Part shown: positions 38,901-48,600 of the stretch, in pieces
Numbering within the stretch: position 1 is the first letter of the stretch
Layout of the letters: the number at the start of each line of letters is the position of its first letter
Assembly (NCBI RefSeq): GCF_964204645.1
Contig: NC_134026.1
Coordinates: 9,137,950 to 9,201,949 of the forward strand
Direction: 5' to 3'
DNA: 64,000 bases
From: Tubulanus polymorphus
Lineage: Eukaryota > Animalia > Nemertea
Made by a program: the position numbers and the translations under genes
Notes under the pieces: model-generated
What the model was told of the DNA's origin: nothing
Seen by the model: only the letters and a program-made list of their open reading frames with translations
Database searches by the model: none

Positions 38901-40262
38901 TATGCTTACCGGTACTTGCTTGAATTATGAATGATCTAACTATATCTCACAGCTTGTTATTGATTGCAACAAAATGTTTTGATCTATTCAGCCGGTAAAG
39001 AGAATAATTCATCGAGAGGAAAGGCTGTGATCAGAAAGGAAATACTCAAATTCATAACCAACCTCAGCGGAACTATAGGTGCTGAGAAGTCTGAGAAAGC
39101 TTTACTGATGTAAGTTTACAGCTATGATTTTGTTTGATAAGGTGGAAAGTTATGTATGAAGTAGAATACAGGAAGAATTTCTTATACAGCCCTCGATATA
39201 CCGCCCTCCCACATACCGCCACCCCGCCTACCGCCAGGTTTTCTCAATGTACATCTCTATACAAATACAGAGTAAAACACCTCCGATATATTGCCATACT
39301 TACTCTCTCTACTGCCAAAATCGTTCTGCACCGATGTGGGCGGTGCATGGGGGGTTGACTGTACATGTACAATTGACAATTAACTGCGGGTACAGCATTT
39401 GACCTCCAGGTACACGTAACAGGTACATGGTAGGGAATGATAAGGAGAACATACCAGTAAAGGGATATTTCCAAAAATATTGTGTACCTTCAAAGTATAC
39501 TAATATTTCTGTATGCATGTATTGATGTGATACCTTATTTTTGGGAGACCTCCCTCAGAAATTCTATGTTTACATGTAAATGGCAAGTATTTAGCTCTGC
39601 TGTTGTGTATGTACTCTTGTGTATGTACTGTTGTGTATGTACTATAAATGGACCCTTGTTCATGCTGTTAGCTTGAATATCATTTTATTCATTATGAATA
39701 GGAGGAAGCAGTCTCACCCGAAAGCATTCAGCGATTTATGTCTTTACTCGGAAGTCTGTCATTTCCTTGGGCATTATTCATTTCAACTGAGCGCCCGAAG
39801 ATTCATCCAGGAACTCTTTCTGGATTTGAAATTCGTTGAGGTAAATAGCGTTATTATCTATGATGAAAATAAGCGACGCAATTATTTTGTCTTCTTTATC
39901 AAAATGAGAATATGAAAATGAAAATGATTTACAACTCAATATCAAATCTGTATAAATGGTTTTCCTTGTACAAATCATGGTGTCTTTGATATGGAATTTT
40001 TACAATTCTGGGTCCTTTCTTTCATTCTTGATGATGGTTACTATAATGCCATTGGTTTTCCAATAGAGAAAATCATTCCAAGCTTATTAATTTCCATTGT
40101 AAAAATGCATTATGATACATCTATGGGAATTTAATTTTTGCCCCTTGTTGAATGGTCACCAGCTGAAGATTTAACTATAAATATATATTTTTTTGTCTTT
40201 TATAGTTTTTCGATGAACCAAAGTTGATATTAGGATTACAGGATAACGAATCGGAATGCTGA
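4109..40262 (+). CDS. RICTOR: Rapamycin-insensitive companion of mTOR (mTORC2 subunit), 32 coding exons, about 1655 aa
   Basis: GT-AG, phase-consistent exons: 4109-4151, 5071-5118, 6461-6626, 8347-8678, 9635-9807, 16507-16565, 17727-17877, 18146-18233, 18798-18888, 18975-19041, 25721-25902, 26401-26575, 27226-27330, 27422-27468, 27556-27691, 27974-28033, 28506-28654, 29374-29500, 29805-29969, 32170-32325, 32720-32838, 33329-33416, 34659-34751, 34827-34933, 35382-36620, 37439-37595, 37678-37747, 37939-38085, 38786-38899, 38992-39109, 39702-39840, 40206-40262 (sum 4968 nt, divisible by 3). The translation is collinear with vertebrate RICTOR: NLREILQN, KEIRAATLRA, LLNHPRSR, FRSWPG, VRATILLGELL, WGMELLVTQLYD, PLHFYGQLVQH, LKTALWAVGHLGSS, YATLK, GLALPVD, Zn ligands HDMNNCLSC and DLCLYSEV, RRFIQELF. 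The exon 21 donor (32838) is the least certain boundary. Confidence 0.96.
6650..6960. mobile_element. ~300-bp inverted-repeat element whose arms contain ggattcgaacct / aggttcgaatc
   Basis: Arms cctcc..ggagattcgaacctg and caggttcgaatctctgccgagggagg. Related copies at about 8700-9012, 48580-48890 and 57732-58001. Confidence 0.55.
9079..9391 (-). mobile_element. tRNA-derived SINE with V/Meta-like central motif and (TTA)n tail
   Basis: On the minus strand: A-box-like tggcctaaagg, B-box gttcgaaccc, central gtgtccttaggcaaggca, and a 3' end gcgctatacaaattcgtgtt(tta)n. Confidence 0.7.
9830..10056 (+). mobile_element. Penelope-like element (pseudo-LTR) insertion, 227 bp, with 15-bp target-site duplication
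   Basis: caaatagaacctaat is repeated exactly at 9815-9829 and 10057-10071. About 60-bp inverted arms (9827-9887 and 9955-10022) enclose a hammerhead core. Confidence 0.8.
9893..9934 (+). ncRNA. Minimal type I hammerhead ribozyme motif (PLE type)
   Basis: acau-CUGACGA-u-GAUCUC(uagggu)GAGAUC-GAAA-CG-UC-gugu: intact core, 6-bp stem II, palindromic ACGU in place of stem III, 4-bp stem I. Confidence 0.7.
11742..12316 (-). pseudogene. 5'-truncated, decayed paralog of the nested GPCR at 13827-14885
   Basis: Shares KRIGKNKENLTQDSKHINID, LFIVLESATSI and YFFDVP with the intact gene. Nucleotide similarity extends into the 3' flank (aagatgtactgat at 11742 vs 13775). Contains stops and indels, and TM1-4 are absent. 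Confidence 0.85.
13827..14885 (-). CDS. Intronless class A GPCR (FMRFamide/peptide-receptor-like orphan), 352 aa, nested antisense in RICTOR intron 5
   Basis: Full ORF with seven hydrophobic segments: LAVADI (TM2), WLTVLIAAERVISLSFPL (TM3/ICL2), LPILFLLILN (TM5), RKATKMAIAI (TM6), DSSVNYFLYCLTNDRFR (TM7/H8). N-terminal NYT sequon. Confidence 0.9.
   Translation of the reverse strand: MSNYTLMCNDKLRITDRFIQRVTFLPAMVVFGVFFNSLSIVILKRQSSQHRSIFLLRALAVADISFLIVKFFREFLRPLLNVVVYGDAFQRLIDMTNDPKFAGFYGIYFAMFFFNRSTKLTRNWLTVLIAAERVISLSFPLFAQVHMTKHRLYICVCVQYVFFACFGLSFMLNIGHSKYWFDKCSGVYIPVLTRRKLSPIENTIIYYVESLLTSVFTNFLPILFLLILNAILIIILKRIGRNRENLTQDSKHKNIDRKATKMAIAIIVLFIVLESATSISTYKDILVYFFNVPKGSLTTRQVLSRISSIGSDVLTPLDSSVNYFLYCLTNDRFRAEAKRIFRVILSPQARLN
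14946..14981. repeat. (TA)n microsatellite about 60 bp upstream of the GPCR start codon
   Basis: About 15 perfect TA units followed by degenerate units. Confidence 0.95.
16600..17271 (+). mobile_element. 5'-truncated HINE/Helentron-like element with ~154-bp internal tandem repeats
   Basis: Repeat anchor gagtttcaagg at 16844, 17002 and 17156. Same 3' end (caagtgggcatgg..ccctggacccctagt) as the full copy at 30192-31354. Confidence 0.75.
21954..22532. repeat. Near-identical tandem duplication, period 305 bp
   Basis: 21954-22227 recurs at 22259-22532 with only a couple of substitutions (e.g. tttgaatgacac vs ttttaatgaaac). Confidence 0.92.
22576..23440 (-). CDS. Two-exon signal-peptide + LRRNT + ~3 LRR gene (172 aa to the first stop), nested antisense in RICTOR intron 10; truncated gene or pseudogene
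   Basis: Exon 1 (23440-23175): MTTSKLLILVVAILLSHCG...GCPSVCRCYYKDG, then gtaagt. Phase-matched tttttcag acceptor, then exon 2 (22828-22576): SFDVANCTNKGLTKFPRIKNNINILDLSKNMIKSIKPFRRLTRLMVLILQENALSSLVGRESLHYLPNLIKLDVSCNPVQFID-TAA. LRR-like sequence (HALMKNKQLRVFAYN) continues in frame after the stop. Confidence 0.75.
23735..24460 (-). mobile_element. 5'-truncated, decayed L2/Crack/CR1-group LINE (ORF2 C-terminus plus 3' UTR stem-loop)
   Basis: Minus-strand peptides RKISRNIGVI, VRIISKSGFWDHTSPLF and SFKIKGPKLWN are typical post-RT motifs. 3' hairpin tgcaaggt..cagg..aagc/gctt..cctg..accttgca at 23735-23795. Confidence 0.8.
25070..25610 (+). mobile_element. Truncated HINE/Helentron-like element, about 3 internal repeats
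   Basis: Same ~154-bp unit and the same ggacccctagt terminus as the other copies. Confidence 0.7.
29162..29271. mobile_element. Short palindromic MITE
   Basis: 18-bp TIR ggacccagttccacagtt / aactgtggaactgggtcc with internal gagttaactc palindromes. A related copy lies at about 60868-61009. Confidence 0.7.
30192..31354 (+). mobile_element. Full-length non-autonomous Helentron-like (HINE) element with four ~154-bp internal repeats
   Basis: 5' hairpin tagcccacttgggactttagtcccagcgggcta, (gtcc)n-like microsatellite, repeat anchors at 30777, 30931, 31084 and 31233, subterminal inverted repeat gcccacttggga / tcccaagtgggc, 3' end ctagt, T-rich flanks with no TSD. Confidence 0.8.
36680..36801. mobile_element. 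Penelope-like inverted-repeat remnant with two crippled hammerhead halves
   Basis: Arms at 36680-36725 and 36754-36801. The minus strand reads tttTGACGAtcACTC(atagaatt)GAGTcAAACGTCaaa; the plus strand retains GAAACGTC. Confidence 0.55.
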
Positions 40263-41684
40263 TTGCATTAAAGCGCTGCCTGTCTCATGCCACAGTATTC
40301 ATTCAATAAATGATGTATTTTCATGACATTCCTTTCTCGATAAAATGTGATTATAAATAACGCAACAGAAATACTACTTACATCTCATATACATATTTTT
40401 GTAACGTAATCCAGCTCTTTGATTTGTTTCTGGTTGAAAACTTTGGCAAGTGAATAATCAAAATGCCTCAACATCCTTCAAACAGGTCTTTAAACTTGGA
40501 ATATCCATTAAACTAAACCAACTAAGAAATCAAACGTCTTGTCTCGTAAAAAAAATTGATAAATGTAATTTATTGAAAAACAGAGATGTTATGAAGTTTG
40601 TATAATAAGGAGTCTATTCAGGACCGTACATAGAGGGAGGAGGCAGTTGCCCTTTTTGCAAATATTATTGGTATTTCCAATAGAAATTTAATGAAGAATC
40701 CTTCTCTAGGGACTGACAAGCATTTTGTTAAAGGCCTAACATAGTAAAGGCATAAAGAAAAATCATTATATGGATTTTTGACTTAAGGTAACTGCCGTTT
40801 TTCGTTCAAATGCAAGGTACGGCCCTGCTATTGTACCTGTATATGAAACAGTCAACTGAGCTTAATGCTGCCGAGTTTTACCATCCTTCCTCTGCTGGGA
40901 GTCGATCCTGATGAAATTAAAACTCTGCCTAGAGTCTAGTGATGCTTTCAGGGAGGATGCAGTTTGTACCAGTAATCCGGAGTGTGATATAATCTGGGCA
41001 TTATGTTCAGTCCTGTTAAATCCGAATTTCTCATGAACTGGATTAATTTCATCGGTCAAAATGCAGATAAAGCCGGGTTTACTGTATACACGTACATGAA
41101 CATATAATTATATGTAATACCGGTATTACAAAATGCACTTTAGTAGAATTTTGTTCATGTTTGGACCTTCTGTGATTTGCTTATTGATTACTTGCTTCTT
41201 ACTTATGCAATCTTACTTCTGGACAAAATTATGGTCCAGCAACAAAGACTATGTTTGTTTTCGTTGTAATAACCACTGTTGAATTATTGTTGAATTACTG
41301 GTTTACTGCCCACGAGGATATACAGTAGGCTTCACTCAAGTCAGATCTTTTGGGTTCAAGAAAATGTGTCCGACTTGGATATTTGAGTGGGATGTTATGT
41401 ACTTGTTAGTGGCACATAAAATATTTCAACAAACATCCGAGTTGTTTGGATCCGACTTGGGTGGATTTGCTGTACTATTCAGTGTATTGACAGAATAATT
41501 GTATAATTTTTTCTTAAGTAGAAATATCCAAATTTACTGGTACACATGTATTTGGTATGGAATTATTTTTAAGCTATTATAAACTGAAACAATGGTAAAG
41601 ATTGTTGAAATCTGTCACTTTTATGCAAATTGATGTATGTAGAGGTCTAACAGGTGACGTCATAGATTGTTGCAAACTTGCATA

Positions 41685-42115
41685 TACAGTGGAACGTCGT
41701 TAATACCTGGGGCAATAGAAAATTTTCTATTAACGAAAATTCCTAACATACAATCTCACGTAAATTACGTGCCAATAGTTGCTGATCGATTCCTAGCACG
41801 CTGGCATGTTCGCTGTTTGTATAAAATAAACTGACAAGTAGACCACGTGCTGTTGTTGATCGATTAAACTCTCGCACGATGTCAAATGTTATACTACGCA
41901 TGTATTTATGTCTGATACAGGGGATCCACTTGATCAGCAATTGTAATAACCACATTGATGAGCTAGAGAAATGAAACTTAGGGAACGAAAATTTTCCTAC
42001 TTTTAACAAATTTTTCGTATCATCATGTTCGTATTAAACTAATTTTTCACCAGTAATTTGCACTGCATTTTGCCAAGATATACAAAAATCATCGTTGAAT
42101 TGAGGTCCACTGTAT
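41685..42115. mobile_element. Tc1/mariner/pogo-type MITE (TA-CAGT...ACTG-TA ends)
   Basis: tatacagtggaacgtcgttaa ... ttgaattgaggtccactgtata. Similar tacag..ctgta elements occur at about 17484-17688, 39185-39364, 40848-41087 and 41321-41475. Confidence 0.55.
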
Positions 42116-45100
42116 AGTTACAACAAAAGTTACGTATGGATTTTGATGCCGGGGCTCCTTTTTTGTACAGAAAAAACCAATCAAGATTTCAGAATTTAAG
42201 CAGCATCGCGTGCATGCATGCAGTATCACTAAAATGTTGCTAGTGAATTATGGAATTTCATAATTCATTATGGTGCATTTATGAACAATACATGTACATA
42301 CAAAATGATTGTAAATTTTACTAAATCTATTATGTCTCTACGAGAATAATTCGTATTTGTCCATATTATAACGCAAATGTGTCCTTTTAATTCTTTGGAT
42401 CGTGGAATCCTAGTGAAGTAATTGTCGATTAATTCAACGAGAGAGATGATAAAGCAGATGAGACCAGGATTCTAGGAAAAAAGATATTTTCTGTATTCTA
42501 TAAGGATTCGCGAGAAGCATCGATCCACCACTATTCGCTATGTACATCTTGGTAGCTGGCCCGTGCTGAGTGGGGGTTCAGGGTAGCGAATGAACTCCCT
42601 GAAGTGCCCTTCTAAGTGTGTGTAAAAAAATTAGGGTCGATTTTTGCGAAATTTCGATAAAAATTTCATGCTATTTTTGGAAGATGGAAAACAATCCATT
42701 CTCAAATGATCTATTCGGGTACCCAGGCAATTCATATTTTAGATCTGTACTTTTTCAGAAAAATGTGTCCCTTTTTACAGTAAAAATGTGCCCTTTTTCT
42801 TGAAAAAGAACTACCCTTCAAAAAAGCTTGGCATGAGCCTGGCTAGAAATTTCCCTTAACCTTGTTGCTGTGCCACGACACTTACGGTACAGTATTTATC
42901 ATAAAAAATTCTTAATTTCCAATTTTTTTCATATCAGCATTCACACTTGTGTTTCCTGTACTCGAACCAATGACCATGAAACTCACCGCAATCATAGAAC
43001 ATGTCACAAGTTACAGCTTAGCGTCGTATGTGCACACAAAATATGCATAGATCCCAATCTAAATAGAAATACTACTATTTCACCATTCAACGTTCCCTGG
43101 TGAATGAATGCAGAAACCAATATACCTTGAAAATCCCCATAAACATAGAAAGCTGCATGATCTTGGATCTGCATGATCACAATCTTGGTATTGATTGTGA
43201 TCGCGATATACATTTCGATATTTAAACTCCTATTGGCGAGAACAGGTCTCAAGACTGCAGAGCTATTTTGTTTCCGATCAACTTAATTTTTCTTGTGACG
43301 CTGGGCCCCATCTACAAACCTAACCCTCAAGACAATTGATCCAAGCGTCTTCAAAATGAGCATAAGAGCTGATCTTACCAAACTACAATGGCCACAAGTT
43401 GGCCATCTCATTCTGGCCAACTTTTGGGCTGCAGATGCAGATAGGTTTTTACATAACCTAAACATCAAGACCATACACCCATCAAAGCGTGACGAAAACT
43501 TCACTAGAAAATAGATGCACAAGGGACAAAAAGTAAACTCAACAGCCCTCTGGGACGCAAGTCCCTAGTGGGCTGAAAAAACTGATTATCTGGTCCAACA
43601 TTTGTTCGCAGTGAGGTGTCCACTCCACAGATTGTGCCAGAGCTCCATGAAGAGAAAAAAGAAAAGAAAAACATATACAGAGCTTTGGATGTATCCATAT
43701 TTCTCTTTAATCGTCTTTGTACATGTACATTGAAAGCAATGAAGGACACAATATATATCAAAGCTGTCGGCAAATTTCAAAAATTCCATCAAATTCTAAT
43801 GATAACATGATACTTTAGAAAGAGTAGTAGTCATCTAAAACCATTTCATACAATGAACCTGCCTAATTCTGGGATCCAATCGAATCCAGTTGAAGAGAAA
43901 TCCGGATCACACATCATATTCTACATTACATTTATGTATAGGTGAACTGTGAATGAATAATGTCTGGATTACATAAAAATATAGATTGATTTAACTGATC
44001 CGTATTAAGTGGGTTTGAGTGTACAGTCGAACCCACTTAATCCGGATTTTGCTGTAATCCGGACACGCAGTCTGTTTATTCATTAGTACACAAGAAAATG
44101 ACTTAAAATCCAGATTTCCCATAAAACGGATGAATTTCGATGATCCCAAATGATCTGAATTAAGTGTTTTCCGAATTTCCACCGAAATCTAAATACTTTC
44201 TTTTTTTTTAGTTTTTCATTCTACAATTTATTTAACACATACACGATTCGTCCGTTCGTAATGTATACATTTGACATGAAATATAGAATCGATGACTATG
44301 ATGTGTAACATCGACATGACTCTACACAATTCACTATTTACCTGCGCTAAAAAAGCTAGAAATATGCTTTCGAAAAAATTTCCTCCGAATGTGAATAGAA
44401 TGGTAATCGAGTGCTTGCATTCGTCTACGAACAAAATCTCGTCGAGAACGGTATTTACGAATTTATGCTTTGATACGGTACATACATACATATACAGTTG
44501 GGATGTAACATCAAATTCATTTAAAGAAGAAGAAGATACTCGTTGGGGAAACAAGAGATCCAGAACATCAAGAAAACTTTTTATAGACACCTAGTCGAGT
44601 GAAACCTCATAATTGAAGAAACCGCTTATTTCAGATTTTGACTAAGGTTCGTAGCAGCACAAGAATTGAATTCATTTTCTGTCATTTTGCCTCGCCATAT
44701 TGATACTACTAAGGTTTGTGGCAGGGTACGGACAACAATGGTACATGTGTTTCAAAGAGGATGGTTTGACTTTTTTTAAACGAAATTCAATTCAATCGCA
44801 ACCTTGAACTTCTCGACGCTATAGTACGGTATGACATCTATCAGATTTTCTCATTAAATTCACATAATTTGGAATAAATCATCATATCTGAGTTATTAAC
44901 ACGATGTAACGCTGTAAATGTGTTGTTCTGCTCTTAATTAGGTGCTGTCGTGAGATTTTATCTACGCAGTCGACTCGACTTAATTCGAATCTTTTCCATC
45001 ATATCAAGTCGAAATCGAAGAGGAATTCAGACCCATTTCGATCGTCTTACTCGAATCCATTACCCGACTTACAAACAAAGATCAACGATCCAGATCGATC

Positions 45101-45506
45101 CGAGTTAGGAAGAGTCCACCGCGAGAAAGGTAAGAAACTCTAATAACAATGCGAACATTCCCGCTACGTGAACGTCTAGCCTAAAAGTGTTTTCGCTGTA
45201 TACATCGTTTATCGTACTCGTCAAAAACATTTTCCTAAGATTATGATTTTTCCACATATACCAGTACACACATACAAACAGGTACAAAATTTAGCCAGTC
45301 CGCCGCTTCTCTGAATTACTGTCGACGATATACAAAAATTCCCGAGCAGATTTTACGTTTTCAACACATGCACGCGATGATAACCATTACTTCATTCAAT
45401 CTTCTTTTGTCGTATGAAAGTTGTTTTTGTGTTGTACAGCAGCTGATGAGCAATGATGATTAAACGATATTCACAATTAATGATGGCTTTCTAGAAACAT
45501 AAACAC

Positions 45507-45548
45507 AATAATAATAATAATAGTAATATTAATAATAATAATAATAAT
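45507..45548. repeat. Imperfect (AAT)n microsatellite in the FKBP 3' UTR region
   Basis: About 14 aat units with two interruptions. Confidence 0.9.
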
Positions 45549-45607
45549 GTCCATCTGTCTTCTATCGCCCAGCGGAGTTCCTCCTTGGTGAGAAGTGTCC
45601 TCGTGAA

Positions 45608-48600
45608 TTATTCAATCTTCACCAAATTCATCTCGAATATTAGCGTCGCCTTCGGAGGGATCGTACAAACAAGTTAAAGATTAAAATTTGACGTTAGAAA
45701 TAAGACGCTGACACAAAAATCATCGATAATGGAATACAGTAAAGCTTAACTCAGATGGATTGGTCGAGATAGCAGAAAACCCTAAATATGGCTGCAAAGG
45801 AGCAATGACGGGTTTTCTCCATAGCTGCTAGGCCTGAAGCATGACTGATTTTATGGGCAGTTCTTTTTCCTTCAAATGCAGCCATTGAAAGGCTGGCGAC
45901 CCAAAATATTCTATGGAGTTCAATGCCATTCCTAATTACTTGTAGGCCTATAGGACCGGCAGTACATAGGACAAGCCCAAAATTGTATTTGATATTGGCA
46001 AAAATCATTTCTGAAATGTGGATCTTTCTAGATTTTGGGCAGTTAGTCATGACATAAATACCGGGCCCCCACGCAATGGGGCCTGGCTGCAGCTTTCACA
46101 TTTCTTTACAAGGATGTTAGTTAAGATAATTCTAAGCTGTACCATGTGAGTACAATGAATAAATCTACGTATGTTAGATACGATCATTAACCTGAATTTT
46201 CCTTGGTACCAAATTACCACAAGTTAACTAGTCGAAGATTTTCTATGATTAGCAATATAAATGAACTTAGTGTGAATGCTTCACAATATCATCAACAAGA
46301 TGCTATTCGAAAAGGATATACACCAGGGTGACCAAGATCTCCATAGGCTACATCCGAGGGACAAGTTACCATAGATTTTTCACCTACAGACATCTGAAAG
46401 AAAGACAAAAATTCACCGTCTATGGCAAAATAGATGGAAAAACGAGATATTGCTAGACGAGTCTTTGTGTCATTGATAAAGTGAAAGTACAAATTTTGTG
46501 ATTGATTAGCAGGGGGTAGATCTAGGGATAATCAGGAAGTTGGGATCTTAGGAAAATGATTGCAGGGCATTCCTTGGATAAAACAGCCTTTCCGAAGGCT
46601 GCAAGTAGGGTTCCCCTCAGCGTTAGAAACTGACTGTATAAGGGGTGGATCGAGACATTCGAGCAGAAGGGTCAACGCAGTGTTTTCCAAGATACAATTT
46701 TTTCAATATTTCAATGAACTAGGGGTCCAGGGACACCATGCTCACTTGGGAGGTGGTTTCCGATGCTCAACAATCTAATAATTTCAATATTCAACGCCAC
46801 ATCCAATGACCTTGAAAAAATCCAATGACCTTGAAACTCACCACAATCATAGAACATGTCAGCAGCTACAATTTTGTAATTGATTGTGGTAACATAATAT
46901 GCCTAGTTACCAATATGGAAATACTAAGTTATTCTAATATTCAACGCCCTCTGGTGACCATATGAGAAGCCCAATGACCTTGAAACTCACCATAATCATA
47001 GAACATGTCATGAGCTACAATTTTGCAATAGATCATGGTAACAAAATATGCCTAGGTACCAATATAATAAGGAAGTTCTAAGTTATTCTACTATTCAACG
47101 CCCCCTAGTGACCATATAAAATAACTAATGCCCTTGAAACTCACCACAACAATAGACCATGTCATGAGCTACAGCTTTCCAATTGATTGTGGTAATAAAA
47201 TATGCATAGGTACGAATATAATACAGAAAGTTTTTGCATTGTTCAAAACCCCCTGGTGGCCACATGCAAAAACCAATGACCTTTAAACTCACCACGATCA
47301 TAGACCAAGCCATGAGCTACAACTTTCCAATTGATTGTGGTAACAAAATATGCTTAAGTATCAATATAATGTGGAAAAACATTTTCACAGACGAATGAGT
47401 ACTGATGACATCAGGATGGCCGCCAATTGCGTCATAATTGCCTGATCAAATATAGCTGTCTTGGGTATAAAAGGTTCCCTTTCCAAAGAATACCCATCAC
47501 AAATTGCAATGAAAAGTGGCAAACCATTAGGAAGCTACAGGACTCAGAATTCAGGCCAAAATTGAAATTTTTTTGGCACAAGAAGGTCACAGGACAGCCA
47601 TCTTGAGTCCGATCGATCCAATTTTTCTCATGCTGATGGGCCCTTGGGGGAGACAAATATATACGATCGCTGAAGATGTGGCTAGGGTAGATACACGTAT
47701 AAACCAAACATCAAGACATTACCTTGAAGCGTCTTCAAAACTTTCCAAAATAACTGGATTCCGTCTATGGACGGACGATGGACGAAAAGTGAACGCAATA
47801 GCCCGCTGGGACTAAAGTCAAGTGGGCTAAAAATGCATTAAAAAATGTGCGCATTACCTACAGTAATTTCTGGCTAGCGCCAAAACAGTATATTTTGAAT
47901 TCTGGTTAGTTTCTTCATCAATATGATTGACATCGCTATCAGAAAATATTTGAGCAGGGTGCCCTAAAACCCCTTTGGATCCACCCGTGCATACTTTTTT
48001 CAGTTCCTCTGCCCTGACGTGCATGCTGTCCCTATTCAAAAATGTCAGGTTTTCAATTACAGATACAAATTTAAGTAACACATTGTTCGTTGTACAATTT
48101 TTCAATCAGTTTCGCTGTATGTTGTTTATTGCAAAAACTTATCGTCAGAAACATAAAATTATTGCTTGGTAGAGGTCATTGAAACAAATAAGTTGTGGAT
48201 CGTCAGTACAACAATTCAAGTATGCATGTACCTACAATCACCTCTCCACCCACTAATAGGTGTAGATCTGTACATTACGCAAGAATCATTACCATGAGAT
48301 TTCTGAAAATGAATTGTATCTAAGATGTACTTACTGTTTTAATTGCTATATCCCATCCTGCAATGACAAAAACATTACGGAATTCGATTAGCAATCAAAA
48401 GCCTGACAAGTGCTTGACAACCTCAACCTGACAACCTCAAACCGAGCCAACTTCTCAGACCGTTCTGGAATTTGTTCACCTAAAAATTCATTGGAATTCC
48501 ATGAGCATGCAAGGAGGCAGTGTTAACTGCATTTATGTTGGAAGACTGAGGATGTAACCATAACGTCCAGCTGCTAGCATTATCGGCCGGCAGGGATTCG

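Noticed and set aside
44228-44594. Overlapping 100-120 aa ORFs on both strands between RICTOR and FKBP
   Set aside because: No motifs or splice structure; more likely FKBP 3' UTR or intergenic DNA.
46292-46319. Read-through ending of FKBP exon 4 (GVYPFRIASC*) suggested by the ORF track
   Set aside because: It loses the final beta-strand including the F99 equivalent; the AT-AC splice restores the canonical C-terminus.
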